A stretch of DNA of 63,830 bases, filler included, from Octopus bimaculoides (taxonomy: Eukaryota), in NCBI RefSeq assembly GCF_001194135.2. It is 5 parts of 5 records of this genome, joined end to end, with 100 filler letters (N's around TTAATTAATTAA, not from the genome) between each part and the next. Parts side by side here need not be neighbours in the genome. Positions count along the whole stretch, not along the records: positions 37,819 to 48,264 come from NC_069004.1; positions 48,365 to 61,674 come from NC_068984.1; 3 more parts are not named here. One strand, written 5' to 3'. A program made the translations under genes and the position numbers. This document shows, one piece after another, positions 38,170 through 49,487 of the stretch. The notes below the pieces were generated by a model. That model saw only the letters and a program-made list of their open reading frames with translations, was not told the DNA's origin and searched no databases. The number at the start of each line of letters is the position of its first letter. The stretch's first letter is position 1.

Positions 38170-39383
38170 ATAGCGTTTCCAAGCATATGTAACTATAGCG
38201 CATGCAACAACATAATGAAAAGTTTACAATCAAGAGTTCCTATATCAAGTCAATCAAGAGTTCCTATATCAAGTCAATCAAAAAGTTCTTTTACTTCTTT
38301 GTTTTTCTTTTCTTTGAACAACATGTCACAACAAAGTTCTTTTCCTTTCTTTTCCACCAGTTAACATCACAGTTAACGAAATCTCTTTTTCTTTTAAAAC
38401 ATGTAACAACAAAGTTCTCTCTTTAAAGAACATTTAAACAAACCTTCACCGCAAGAATTTCCTTTCCTTCAAAGCTCCCACTACAATCCACAAGAAGTGA
38501 CCAACTACAATCTTTTTGCCTGCCACAACAGTTCCATCTCTCTGTCCCTCTCTCTCTCAGACTCTATCCATTTCTGCTGACTGGTACCTTCTGACCATAG
38601 CCTCTCTCTCTTTCTCAGCCTCTTCTGTCAGCCTCTCTGTTCATCTTGCTGACCGCTGCTGTCACATTCGTTCATCAATGGGTGCTGGCCTTTACATCAA
38701 CTGCGATCCATCTTCACTCGCTGACCGCTTCCACCAACTGCTTGTCCGCCAACTGCTCGACACCAACTCCGTACGCCAGCTGCCCTGGCCAACCGCTCAC
38801 GCTAACTGCCTGATGCCAACTCCGTACGCCAACTACTCACGCCAACTCCCGCTGTCGTATTTATCACAAATACCGTAGCTCAACCCTAACCCTAACCCTT
38901 ACCCCCCTCCAAAGCTGGGTCAGTCTAGTACAATTCCTAACTTGTTTTTCTGAACTTTCGATGACTGGAAAGAGTCATCGATCACACACCTACGCTAAAA
39001 TAACTGTGCTTGTTCACAGGACAAAGGAAATACCATTATCCTCAACAACCAGAATACGGTTTCAAACCCAGCTCGGGGAATAAGGACCTAACGTTATTTT
39101 GTTTGTTTATCGGCGTCCGTATCAATATATATATATATTTACGTGAGATAGAGCGTGAGAGAGGGAAAGGGAGAAGTGAAAGAATGAGTAGGGACGGCGT
39201 TCGTTTTGTGTTTTTAAATGTTTATCACATCGCAAGAAAAATAGATACATAGATACATAGACATTGTTAAATCAAAGACTACAGCAAATATTGGACGTCA
39301 CTTTCACTTTTTATTATCACACGAGTATAAAATTAACTCGCAAGTCGCTGAGTACTCCACAGACATGCATACCACTGACATAT

Positions 39384-39600
39384 GCCCGGGCATATGGCGC
39401 AGTGGTTAAGAGCGCGGGCTACTAACCCCAAGATTCCGAGTTCGATTCCAGGCAGTGACCTGTATAATAATAATGATAACATCGAAAATTACCTTAAGAA
39501 AGGTTCGAAATTTCTCCAAGTCACCCGATGAAGGCCGAAACGTGTTAACCACAAACAAGATGACAAATATCCGTCAAATGTAAATAATGTAAATAATGTA
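39384..39600 (+). mobile_element. tRNA-SINE family E with hammerhead-like 3' remnant
   Basis: A-box TGGCGCAGTGGTT (39395), B-box GAGTTCGATTCC (39438), then CCGATGA-aggcc-GAAAC (39525-39541) and an (AAATAATGT)n tail. Confidence 0.75.
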
Positions 39601-39629
39601 TTATTATTATTATTATTATTATAGAAACC

Positions 39630-39838
39630 GGCTTTAGGGTGGTGGATTGGTAAAATCAGTAGAGTACCTTGGGATATTTAGCTCTGTATCTTTACGTTCT
39701 AAATTCCAATCATAGTGGGATCGACTCTGCTTTTCACCCTTCTAAGGAAAGATAAAATGAAGTACTAGTAAATACCGGGGTCAATATCTATGAGTGAAAC
39801 ACCTCCTCCCCTTTTCTGGCCTCGTGTCTGTTTGAGAA
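39630..39838 (+). mobile_element. CORE-like SINE family A (old)
   Basis: 'gatcgactctgcttttcacccttctaaggaaagataaaatgaagtac..ccggggtcaat'. Confidence 0.6.
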
Positions 39839-39879
39839 ATCCTTCATAACTCAATCTCTTGATTCTCTCAAGTATAGAT

Positions 39880-40640
39880 GCAAGCATGGCGGTGTGGTTA
39901 AGAAGATCCGTTTGCAACCACATGGTTCGGGTTCAATCCCACTGCTCGGTACCTTGGGCTAGTATCTTCTACTATAATGCCTTGTGAGGGAATTTGGTTG
40001 ACGGAAAATTCGTGTATGTGTGTGTAGGTGCATTCAGTGCTTATGACCGCCATCATTGGTGTATTAACGTCCTTGTAACTTAGCGGTTTGGCAAATATAT
40101 CGATAGAATAAGTAAAAGATTTTGCAAAAAACAAATACTGGGATTGATTTGTTGGAGTAAATGCGCCGTGAAGGCAGTGCCCCAGCATGGCCGCAAACCA
40201 ATAACTGAAAGAAGTAAAAGATATTTCAAGACTTAAAACATCCTGAACTAACATAGGTGCAGGCGCGTGGCTGTGTGGCAAGAAGCTTGATTCTCAACCA
40301 CATGGTTCCGGGTTCAGTCCCGCTGCGTGGAACCTTGGGCAGGTGTCTTCTACTAAAGTCTCGGGCCGACCAAAGTAAACGGAAACTGAAAAGAAGCCCG
40401 TCATATATATATGTATATATTTATGTGTGTGTTTATGTCTGTGTTCCCCCCCCCCATCGCATGACAACCGATGTTGGTATGTTTACGTCCCCGTAACTTA
40501 GCGATTCGGCAAAAGAGACCGATAGAATAAGCAGCAGGCTCACAAAGAATAAGTCCATAGATCGATTTCTTCGACTAAAAGGCGATGCTCTAGTATGGCC
40601 ACAATCAATTGACTGAAACAAGTAAAAGAATAAAAAAGTA
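39880..40640 (+). mobile_element. Two tandem tRNA-SINE family B copies
   Basis: Heads at about 39880 and 40256, each with the family B body and tail. Confidence 0.85.
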
Positions 40641-40861
40641 TAACCAAAGGTATCTTTCTCAGAATTATCTATTTCCTCTATTCCAGATATATTTACAGTC
40701 ATAAAATCGACACAAAACCCCCATTCTGTACATACACCTCTCTCTCACTCCCCCCACACACACTCAGTCCACTCCACTCATTTTAGTCCGGTGATGAAGA
40801 AAGAAACTTTTATGTGATCAACTTCATATTTCGCCATTTTATATTTAGAAACCCATTGCTA

Positions 40862-40896
<35 letters not shown>

Positions 40897-41025
40897 AGGA
40901 TAAATAAATAGATTATTTTGAAAGCTACTATTAATATCTTTTAAACGATATATGTGTGTACTTACTCTGACACAACACAAACCACTGTGGAAAGGAACCA
41001 CTCCAAAGTTATAAATGTATTTGTG

Positions 41026-41071
<46 letters not shown>

Positions 41072-41185
41072 TACACACGCTCTAGTATAACTCCTAAATA
41101 CAGCTTTGGGTTATTCCACGCTATTAGCGGTGGGTTTGTAGAGTAATCATGATACAACTATTGCCGTTTAGCGAATGAGCAGCAA

Positions 41186-42247
41186 CGCGAAATTTTTTTC
41201 CCACGAGAGTTCCGGACCCCAGTTATGAACTCATTTGCATACAGCTAATCAGAGATCACCTTGAAAATTCTCTTACTGTGCCAGTCAGACGTAGAATGGT
41301 GTATGTCACTCTGTGAGTACAGCATAGCAGGTCTCACATAAGCACCACATCCAACACCACCATTCTCATAGATCAATTGAGCACCATCTCTATATGGAAT
41401 TAACATTAGGTACCTATGCTCAGACTGAGGTTAGCGATACTACATGTACCCATTGATATATGCAAGGAGGACGCAATACGACACAACGCCATATTGATTA
41501 CGATGTTTCCAGATCAACACCAACGTTTTAAATTAGGGATGTACAAAATCAATCAAAAAATTAGGAAACTATACTCATTTACATTTTCTAGTTGTTGTTG
41601 GCACTCCGTCGCTTACGACGTCGAGAGTTCCAGTTGATCCGATCAACGGAACAGCCTGCTCATGAAATTAACGTGCAAGTGGCTGAGCACTCCACAGACA
41701 CGTGTACCCTTAACGTAGTTCTCGGGGATATTCAGCGTGACAGTGTGACAAGGCTGACCCTTTGAATTACAGGCACAACAGAAACAGGAAGTAAGAGTGA
41801 GAGATAGTTGTGGTGAAAGAGTACAGCAGGGTTCGCCACCATCTCCTGCCGGAGCCTTGTGGAGCTTTAGGTGTTTTCGCTCAATAAATACGCACAGCAC
41901 CCGGTCTGGGAATAGAAACCGCGATCCTATGACCACGAGTCCGCTGCCCTAACCACTGGGCCATTGCGCCTCCACATTTTCTAGTAAATTACGCAAATTG
42001 GCAACACTTATGGCATCATCGGTGAACTGCTCTCCATTCACTTTATACACTAAATATCACATTTGTCAATCCTATTAAGCTCGTTTAGAACAGTTGGATT
42101 TTGTTATAACGCACCTTTTCCACTGAACTCAACCACAGTATTTTCGTGACTAGGTGGACACTAGTTTGATAAGTGAGCTCTGATTGGCTGTATGCAAATA
42201 AGTTCATAACTGAGGTCCAGAACTCTCGTGGGGAAAAAAATTTCGCG
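41186..42247. mobile_element. Unclassified TIR element (about 75-bp TIRs) hosting a SINE C insertion
   Basis: cgcgaaatttttttcccacgagagttccggaccccagttatgaactcatttgcatacagctaatcagag at the left is the reverse complement of 42173-42247. Confidence 0.75.
41592..41973 (-). mobile_element. tRNA-SINE family C, full length with 11-bp TSD
   Basis: Head 'gtggaggcgcaatggcccagtggttagggcagcgg', (AAC)n tail, TSD ACATTTTCTAG at 41581-41591 and 41974-41984. Confidence 0.92.
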
Positions 42248-42789
42248 AGCCGGAAGAAATGTCGCCTTTTCCGACACACAAACAATTTTGCAAGTTGGTC
42301 ACCTTTAAGAGTTTCTAATGTAACTATCAGAGCAGCAGCTTTTGAAGAAAGACAGTTAGTCGGTAGTATCGGCCCCGAAAGACAAAGTTGGCTTGCGTGG
42401 GATTTGAATTCAGAAAGTAAGGAGCCGTAATTTGAATTTTATAAACAAGCATGGCCTCCGCTTTACACATACAACTTGTATTTAGTTTGTTGTATACAAA
42501 CACAGAAATGCTCAACTGGTTGAAAATGAATAAATGTTGAGATTGAACTGACAACCGAAACAGAGCGGTGTGTCTGAGGTAATTTGTTACTTATTTCGGT
42601 ATTAACAATTGTACTTTTTTCGTATCAGTTTAATTTATTCCCCTTCGGTCATAAATTATGAACCTGAGGAAAGGAATTAAAATATTTTCTCAGCGTACTC
42701 AGAGTACATCAAACGGAAGTGAAAGGAACTTCCTCTTTACGCTCAAAACACATCACTTCCTCGAGTTAGTACAGATGTTAAGATGTCAA

Positions 42790-43060
42790 CCAACATCAAA
42801 TGATAGGTGTTCGACTTGTTCAAGCCTTTTTTGAGACTTATCGTTATTTGTTTATTAATAACAGTCATTCTTTTTGTAACATCAGCTGCTTTTATCACTT
42901 CCTTACTTTTTAGAATAGTAGATATTGTCGATTTAGGCAATATCAGCGAGATCTGACACAGGAACGCCATTTTTGCGTTTTGCGATGATTTCTTTCTTCA
43001 CTTCAATTGTTTTCTCTCAACTTTTCTCATATCACTGCTAGCTTTCTTTGAGTAAGGGCT
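42790..43060 (-). mobile_element. pogo/Tigger transposase N-terminal relic
   Basis: KEIIAKRKNGVPVSDLA / LPKSTISTILKSKEVIKAA: CENP-B-type HTH of Tigger elements, with a frameshift. Confidence 0.7.
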
Positions 43061-43559
43061 AATGACTAAGGGCTAATGAAGAGGAAAACAAAGGCACAGT
43101 AGAAAGGATTATTATTATTGTTGTTGACAAAATCATTTGTGTTTCAGATAAAATGCAACGTGAAATTTGATCTGAAGTTCCACTGATGTCAACCTCGCCT
43201 TTCATACGTTCGAAGTCGAGAAAATAAAGTACCAGTGACTTACTGGGGTTAATGCAATCGAATAACCCTACTACTCACACAACTTAAAACGCTGTGTCTA
43301 TTCTAGTAACAATTATATCAACATTGTTACTATAGTTTGAAACATAAGGTTTGCTCCTGCTATTTTCCTGGCAGGAACATTTGTTGATCTACTTCCTCCC
43401 TTACTTCCTTCCGCCCAGTTTTGTCTGGTCGACAGGTGAAACAAGTGGTTGCAATAAACATCAGAAATGCTTTGCTCCACACAGAAACTGCAGGAGCTAC
43501 TTTGTAAGCTCTTCCAAATCTATTGCATTGCTGGAAACCCATCAATAGGTATCTCAGAA

Positions 43560-43830
43560 ATTACAAGCGTTTCACCCCTTAGACTGTACACTTCGTTTCA
43601 GTGTAGCAGCAATGACAGAACTAGTCTTCGCTCACCGAAAGGTTCCACTTGTGCTCTCTTATCACCCACCAATAGCCACCTTGAACTAGTTTCAACTGCT
43701 GTGCCTATACTCTTGGATTCTTCATTTGTTTGGATTCCAGACCTAACTTCTGCAGGAAATTGCGCATTGACCCAGCTGGAAAGCAGCGGCTGCCGACTTC
43801 AACGAGGAATATACAAAATATGCAAATAAA
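43560..43830 (-). mobile_element. HERO/NeSL-like RLE LINE 3' end relic
   Basis: FLVEVGSRCFPAGSMRNFLQKLG...GYWWVIRE..W resembles the C-terminal P.EVGCRGF.A.S..LG...S.W.W..R motif. Confidence 0.5.
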
Positions 43831-44779
43831 ACAAAGCTAGCAAGATATTTGAAGGCGTTCGTCGTTTATTATATTCTAGAAACTGGTGTCCATATACAGG
43901 TTGATGTGAAATCATGGCTTTAGTTTGGATTACATGAAAAATTATGTTGGAAATTTAAAAATAAAAACGACAGGGAAGTAGTTAAGAAAGCAGACGACGG
44001 TGTTTCATGAAAACTTTCTACTCTAAATAGAATGTCATTAATTAAGTCTTTAGCTGCTATCTTAGTAATGATACCAATACTTATTTCCTATTCGTTACGC
44101 TGATATGATTCGTTAATTAAATGCGTTCTTTATCTTCATATGGTTTATTTATTTATTTATTCTTTTCTTCATTTTTATAATTTGTGCTTTCTGTTGGCAT
44201 GTACATAACAAAATGTTCGGGTATCCATTAGTGTTACTAACGCTATTATTACTGTTGCCGTCATTATTATTATTATTATTATTATTATTAAGTGAGAGAG
44301 CAATCATTACTATTATTACTATTATTGAGAGAGAGCAATCATCATTATTATTATTATTATTATTAATACATTCTGTAAACACCTCTAGTTATTAAGAAGT
44401 GCTAACTATAAGTACTAACCATCAAAGTGAATTCTGAAAATTATTTATCATCGTTTCGATGTTAACACACTATCGTGCAAAAACACCACCACCACTACCA
44501 ACGACACCATCACAATAACAAGACGAACTAATCTTAAGAACGCTTCATCCAAACAACCTTCCAAAAGAGATTTCTAAAAATAACTATATATATATATATA
44601 TATATATTCACATATACACACACTTACATCCATGTATGCATTTATATACGTACGTATTGTAAAATGTAATGCTGCTCGTTATATTTATTCTTCTTAGTCT
44701 TCTCGAAACTTCGTTAATTATTATGTTATAAAGAAAAACAAAAACATGAGAATGTAGCAGGTTATCAAAAATAAATAAA

Positions 44780-45345
44780 AGAAAGCAGAATTTGGCAGAG
44801 TTGCTAAAACGCTGGGTAGAACGGGTGGGTGGCGATGAGTATTGGTTCCGACTCTGCCACTCCGAATTATTACTATTATTCAGCCGGGGTCGACTTTGCC
44901 TTTCGTCCTTCGGGGTCGATAAATTAACAGTGAGCCACTGGGGTCGATATAATCGACTAACCCCTCCCCTAACATTTCAGGCCTTGTGCCCATAGCAGAA
45001 AGCTATTATTATTATTATTATATTCCGCCGAAGTCGACTTTGCTGTTCAGCCTTTCGCAGTTGATAAAATAAGTACCAGTTAAGCACTGTGGTCGATGCA
45101 ATCGACTTACCCCCTCCCTGAAGTTGCTGGCCTTATGCCAAAATTCGAAACCATTCTTCTACTTCTAATTATTATTATCATTATTATTATTATTATTATA
45201 TTCCGCCGAGGTCGACTTTGCTGTTCAGCCTTTCGCGCTCGATAAAATAAGTACCAGTTAAGCACTGTGGTCGATGCAATCGACTTACCCCCTCCCTGAA
45301 GTTGCTGGCCTTATGCCAAAATTCGAAACCATTCTTCTACTTCTA
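44780..45345 (+). mobile_element. SINE A copy followed by a near-identical tandem duplication of a 5'-truncated SINE A (about 178-bp period)
   Basis: 45021-45180 and 45199-45358 differ at only a few positions. Confidence 0.85.
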
Positions 45346-45966
45346 ATTATTATTATTATTTTCAGTGAATAATAAATTAGGTGCAGCTACCTCTTATCAA
45401 TTTACCCTTGACGAATTTCGAAGACTTTAACATCAACCTTTATGTAACTTTGAAAAGAGTCTTCTACCAAACTCCCTTCAAAAACAATAGCAAGGTTTCA
45501 CAACAACAAAAGCAAAAACAACAACAACCAAAAACAAAGCAACCGCACACCAAATACAGAACAATGCATACATACATGCAGATATACATACATATACACA
45601 CACACACATATATATATATATATATGTGCCTAATTTCGTTAATCAGATGCCTTATCTTGTTCTGACAAATGGACAATTTCTCTTTCATCTCGAGCTGAAG
45701 AAATTCTTGCAACGTTCTGTTTGTTCACAGATCTTTCTGCTGAACAAATTGGTTTGTCTAAACCACCCCGATGACTTCTCTAAATAACACCAGACAAAAT
45801 TCCAACACCTCCACAGAAGTTCTACCCTCTACCAAATAAACATATATACACCATAAATTTTTTTTACCTTCCACATAAATATATACACCCACCCACATAC
45901 ATACATTTGCTGTAGGATATTCACATAAATACGTATTACCTGTCAGAGAGAGGTAGGTATGTGGGA

Positions 45967-46065
<99 letters not shown>

Positions 46066-46829
46066 TATCCTCTATATTGTCATTTGATTTATGAGAAATA
46101 ACAACCAAATCGTCCTCAAATCACACACTATTGCCTTAAAAAAAGTCACAGTTACAGAATACGGTCTCAGGTATACAAAGTGAGATGGACATGGTTGGGA
46201 TATTTTCGTAGATATGATTAATGGATCAACGCTTATCATGAACTAAACAACAACACCTACATGTATGTATTATTTACACTTACAAAGCAAAAGTCCTCCA
46301 CATTTGGGTGAAGGTGTACGAGAGACAATCGATTCCAATATTTCACTGATATTTGGTATTTAACAAGAACAAGAACAACACACACAAACACACACACGTA
46401 CGGAATGTGCGTTCATAACAAATCTTAAAGACACCTGTTTGACGAGCCGCTACTGGCGAAACTCTAAAGTCATAGTCACCTTGCATTTATTTTGGAGATT
46501 AACAATAAGAGTAACACCACCACTACCACCACCACCTCAACCACCACCACCAATAATAATAATAATAATAATAATAAATCATGCCATCATCCGCATCGCT
46601 GTTACTGCAACTCTGACACCGCCATTACTTTGATAATACACTTTTACTAACATTACCACCTCTGTTCTCACCACCACCATCACCATCAGTCGCTGCAGCA
46701 ACAGCAGCAGCACCACCACCGCCTTCATGAAGACAGTTAAAAAACCACCTGTTCTATATATTTTTATCGTTGTAAGAAAAACGACTTTCAAATAAGTGCG
46801 TCACACAACGAGCTGAATTGGTCTGGTTC

Positions 46830-47030
46830 GTACTCATCTCACGTGATCACAGCGTGAGTTACACTTGTCACGTAATCACAACGGAAGCTGCACTCGTCAT
46901 GCAATCTCAGTAGAGAACTGCACTCGACACGAGGGCACAGCTCAAAGCTGCACTCGACATCTGACCGTGGCATTAATTACACTTAGCAGGTAATCGTTCC
47001 AGCTGACTGCATCGCCCTACATGCCTCTAT
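46830..47030. repeat. Degenerate 29-30-bp minisatellite
   Basis: CTGCACTCG/TTACACTT anchors at 46859, 46888, 46918, 46948, 46977 and 47007. Confidence 0.75.
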
Positions 47031-47170
47031 TTACAGCCATATTTCTTGGTTACAGTGATGAACTGTACCTCCCCATGGTGCTTATTGAAATTGTAAGTGA
47101 ACTCAGTGAATTAACGATGTTTATATTGCTAAGGTACATTGTTTTTATGTCTAGATATAATTTCATCACA

Positions 47171-47402
47171 AAGGCGGCGAGCTAGCAGAAACGTTAGCAC
47201 ACCAGGCAAAATGCTTAGCGGTATTTCGTCTGCCGCTACGTTCTGAGTTCAAATTCCGTCGAGGTCGACTTTGCTTTTCATTTTTCGGGAACGATTAAAT
47301 AAGTGCCAGATACGCACTGGGGTCGATGTAATCGACTTAATCCGTTTGTCTGTCCTTGTTTGTGCCCTCTATGTTTAGCCCCTTGTGGGCAATAAAGGAA
47401 TA
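47171..47402 (+). mobile_element. CORE-like SINE A, young subfamily
   Basis: Close to the 53870 copy, including the tail 'gacttaatccgtttgtctgtccttgtttg..agccccttgtgggca'. Confidence 0.92.
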
Positions 47403-47787
47403 AGATACAGTTTCATTAATTTTCTGACTATATTTATTCCCTACTGGAATTGATTTGCTGGATGAGAATTTAATATCTTGGACTAAGGCAGAAAAATGTA
47501 GGAGACAAGATTCGAAAATTGTATATATTGTTGTTCTTGCTGTCGTTAGGCCCCAGCTCAACCATGATCGAACAGACTAATGTTCCATTTTCAGTTTCTT
47601 ACTATTTAACGTAGCAGAATGTGATGTAAGGGAGATTTTGTTGCTATTTTCAGCAGAGCTCGTAGGCGTATGTTCTCTCGTCCATTCGAATATCTGGAAG
47701 TTTTCAACCAGTCGGTGACCTTTAGATACCGACAACTGAGTGAAATACCGTTGGATCACCACTGAAGTTTTTGCCCTTGACGTACAG

Positions 47788-48038
47788 AGTGTCAATAACT
47801 TCTGAACGTCATTGACATTTGAAGTATGTCAATGACTTCTCAAGGAGATTGATTGCTGAAATGTGCCAGTGACATTTGACAAGTATTGGCAATTAGAGTG
47901 TGCCAATAATTTCTGAAGTCATTGACAGCTGAAGCGTGTCAATGACTTCTCAAAGGCCATGGACAGCTGAAGCGTGTCAATGACTTCAAAATGTCATCGA
48001 CAATTGTAGTGTCGATCTTTCGAGCTTATTGACAATTG
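47788..48038. repeat. Minisatellite of palindromic ~34-37-bp units
   Basis: Consensus TGTCAATGACTTC-T-GAAGTCATTGACA plus a spacer (gctgaagcg-like), about 7 degenerate units. Confidence 0.8.
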
Positions 48039-48185
48039 TATTAAAACGATCCGTTACCGAAGACTGGTACTTTAGATTTTACTAGCACCTCAATCCTGGC
48101 AAATAACATGTTATTTTCCTGTTTAAGTAAGGAACACTAGGTTGGAGTTGTGTTGGTTAAATAGATGTGTACACACACACACACA

Positions 48186-48264
<79 letters not shown>

Positions 48265-48364
48265 NNNNNNNNNNNNNNNNNNNNNNNNNNNNNNNNNNNN
48301 NNNNNNNNTTAATTAATTAANNNNNNNNNNNNNNNNNNNNNNNNNNNNNNNNNNNNNNNNNNNN

Positions 48365-48878
48365 TCATGCAACTCCATTTAATTGAATAATAGAATAATG
48401 TAATCATTACATCAATTTAGAATGCAGAGCAATCCTCAGTAGTATAAAAACAAAGAATTTAATTAAATTAGAACAGATGGACACGTTAGTATAATAATAC
48501 CTAAAATCTTCAAGAAGTTAAGGAGATAGACAAAGAACATGTTGTCTCTACTACAACATAGAAGTTAATAAATAAATTGTCAAGAAGACTCTGCCTGTCA
48601 CTGATTTTACTTGTTTTTTTTTATGGGGTCAGTTTTAATTTATAGACTAGTTTATCAAACCTTGTATATCCAATGTTGAGAAAATAAAGAGTATTATCTG
48701 TTGGGTTGAGAAAGCAGACAGAAATCATAGTTGGCGTAGTCATAAAAATGATAAGGTTTGGTAAAGGAAAACTTAGAACAAGATGCTGGCTGACAACTAA
48801 GGGGGGAGCAGCTGAGGATTGCTCTGCATTTTAAATTGATGTAATGATTACATTGTTCAATTAAATAGAGTTGCATGA
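48365..48878. repeat. Inverted repeat pair (about 70-bp arms), possible MITE
   Basis: 48365-48439 'tcatgcaactc..taatcattacatcaattt.aatgcagagcaatcctcag' is the reverse complement of 48812-48878. The left arm abuts a gap. Confidence 0.7.
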
Positions 48879-49067
48879 AACGATCGTACGGCATTATCTC
48901 TGGATATCCTTGTTGCTTATTTTGATTTTAATAACCTTACTTTGAAATTGTATGGATATACCGTACTAAATTCTGGTGCCTCAACTTAAGTACCATATTC
49001 ACCTGAATCTGAATTTTTGGTGTACTCATCTACCATACCCAATATATATATATATATATATATATAT

Positions 49068-49458
49068 ACACGTAGGAGTGGTAGTGTGGTAATGAGCTTG
49101 CTTCCAAACCACATGGTTCCGGGTTCAGTCCCACTGCGTGGCACCTTGGGTAAGTAGCTTCTACTATTGGTTTGGGCCGACCAAAGCCTTGTGGGTGGAT
49201 CTGGCAGACGGAAACTGAAAGAATCCTGTCATGTATGTATATATGTATGTGTTTGTGTTTCTGTGTTTGTAACCCACCTCCATCACTTGGCTACCGATGT
49301 TGGTGTGTTTGCGTCCCCGTAAATTAGCAGTTCAGCAAAAGAGACACTGATAGAATAAGTACTAGGCTTATAAAGAATAAGACCTGGGGTCGATTTGATC
49401 GACTAAAGGCGGTGCTCCGGCATGGCCGCAGTCACATGACTGAAACAAGTAGAAGAAT
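49068..49458 (+). mobile_element. tRNA-SINE family B, full length
   Basis: Matches 23250-23665. Confidence 0.9.
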
Positions 49459-49487
49459 ATATATTCATTATATTCATGTATATTCGT

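Noticed and set aside
39384-39460. tRNA gene calls for the SINE heads (families B, C, D, E)
   Set aside because: A and B boxes are present but there is no closed cloverleaf, and each runs into a SINE body. No true tRNA or rRNA genes were seen.
45640-45790. Minus-strand 46-codon stretch RSHRGGLDKPIC...QDKASD* as a possible last exon
   Set aside because: No recognisable homology or partner exon; within chance expectation.
46830-48038. CRISPR-like appearance of the two spaced-repeat arrays
   Set aside because: Eukaryotic context, repeats too short or degenerate, no leader or cas genes. Kept only as minisatellite findings.
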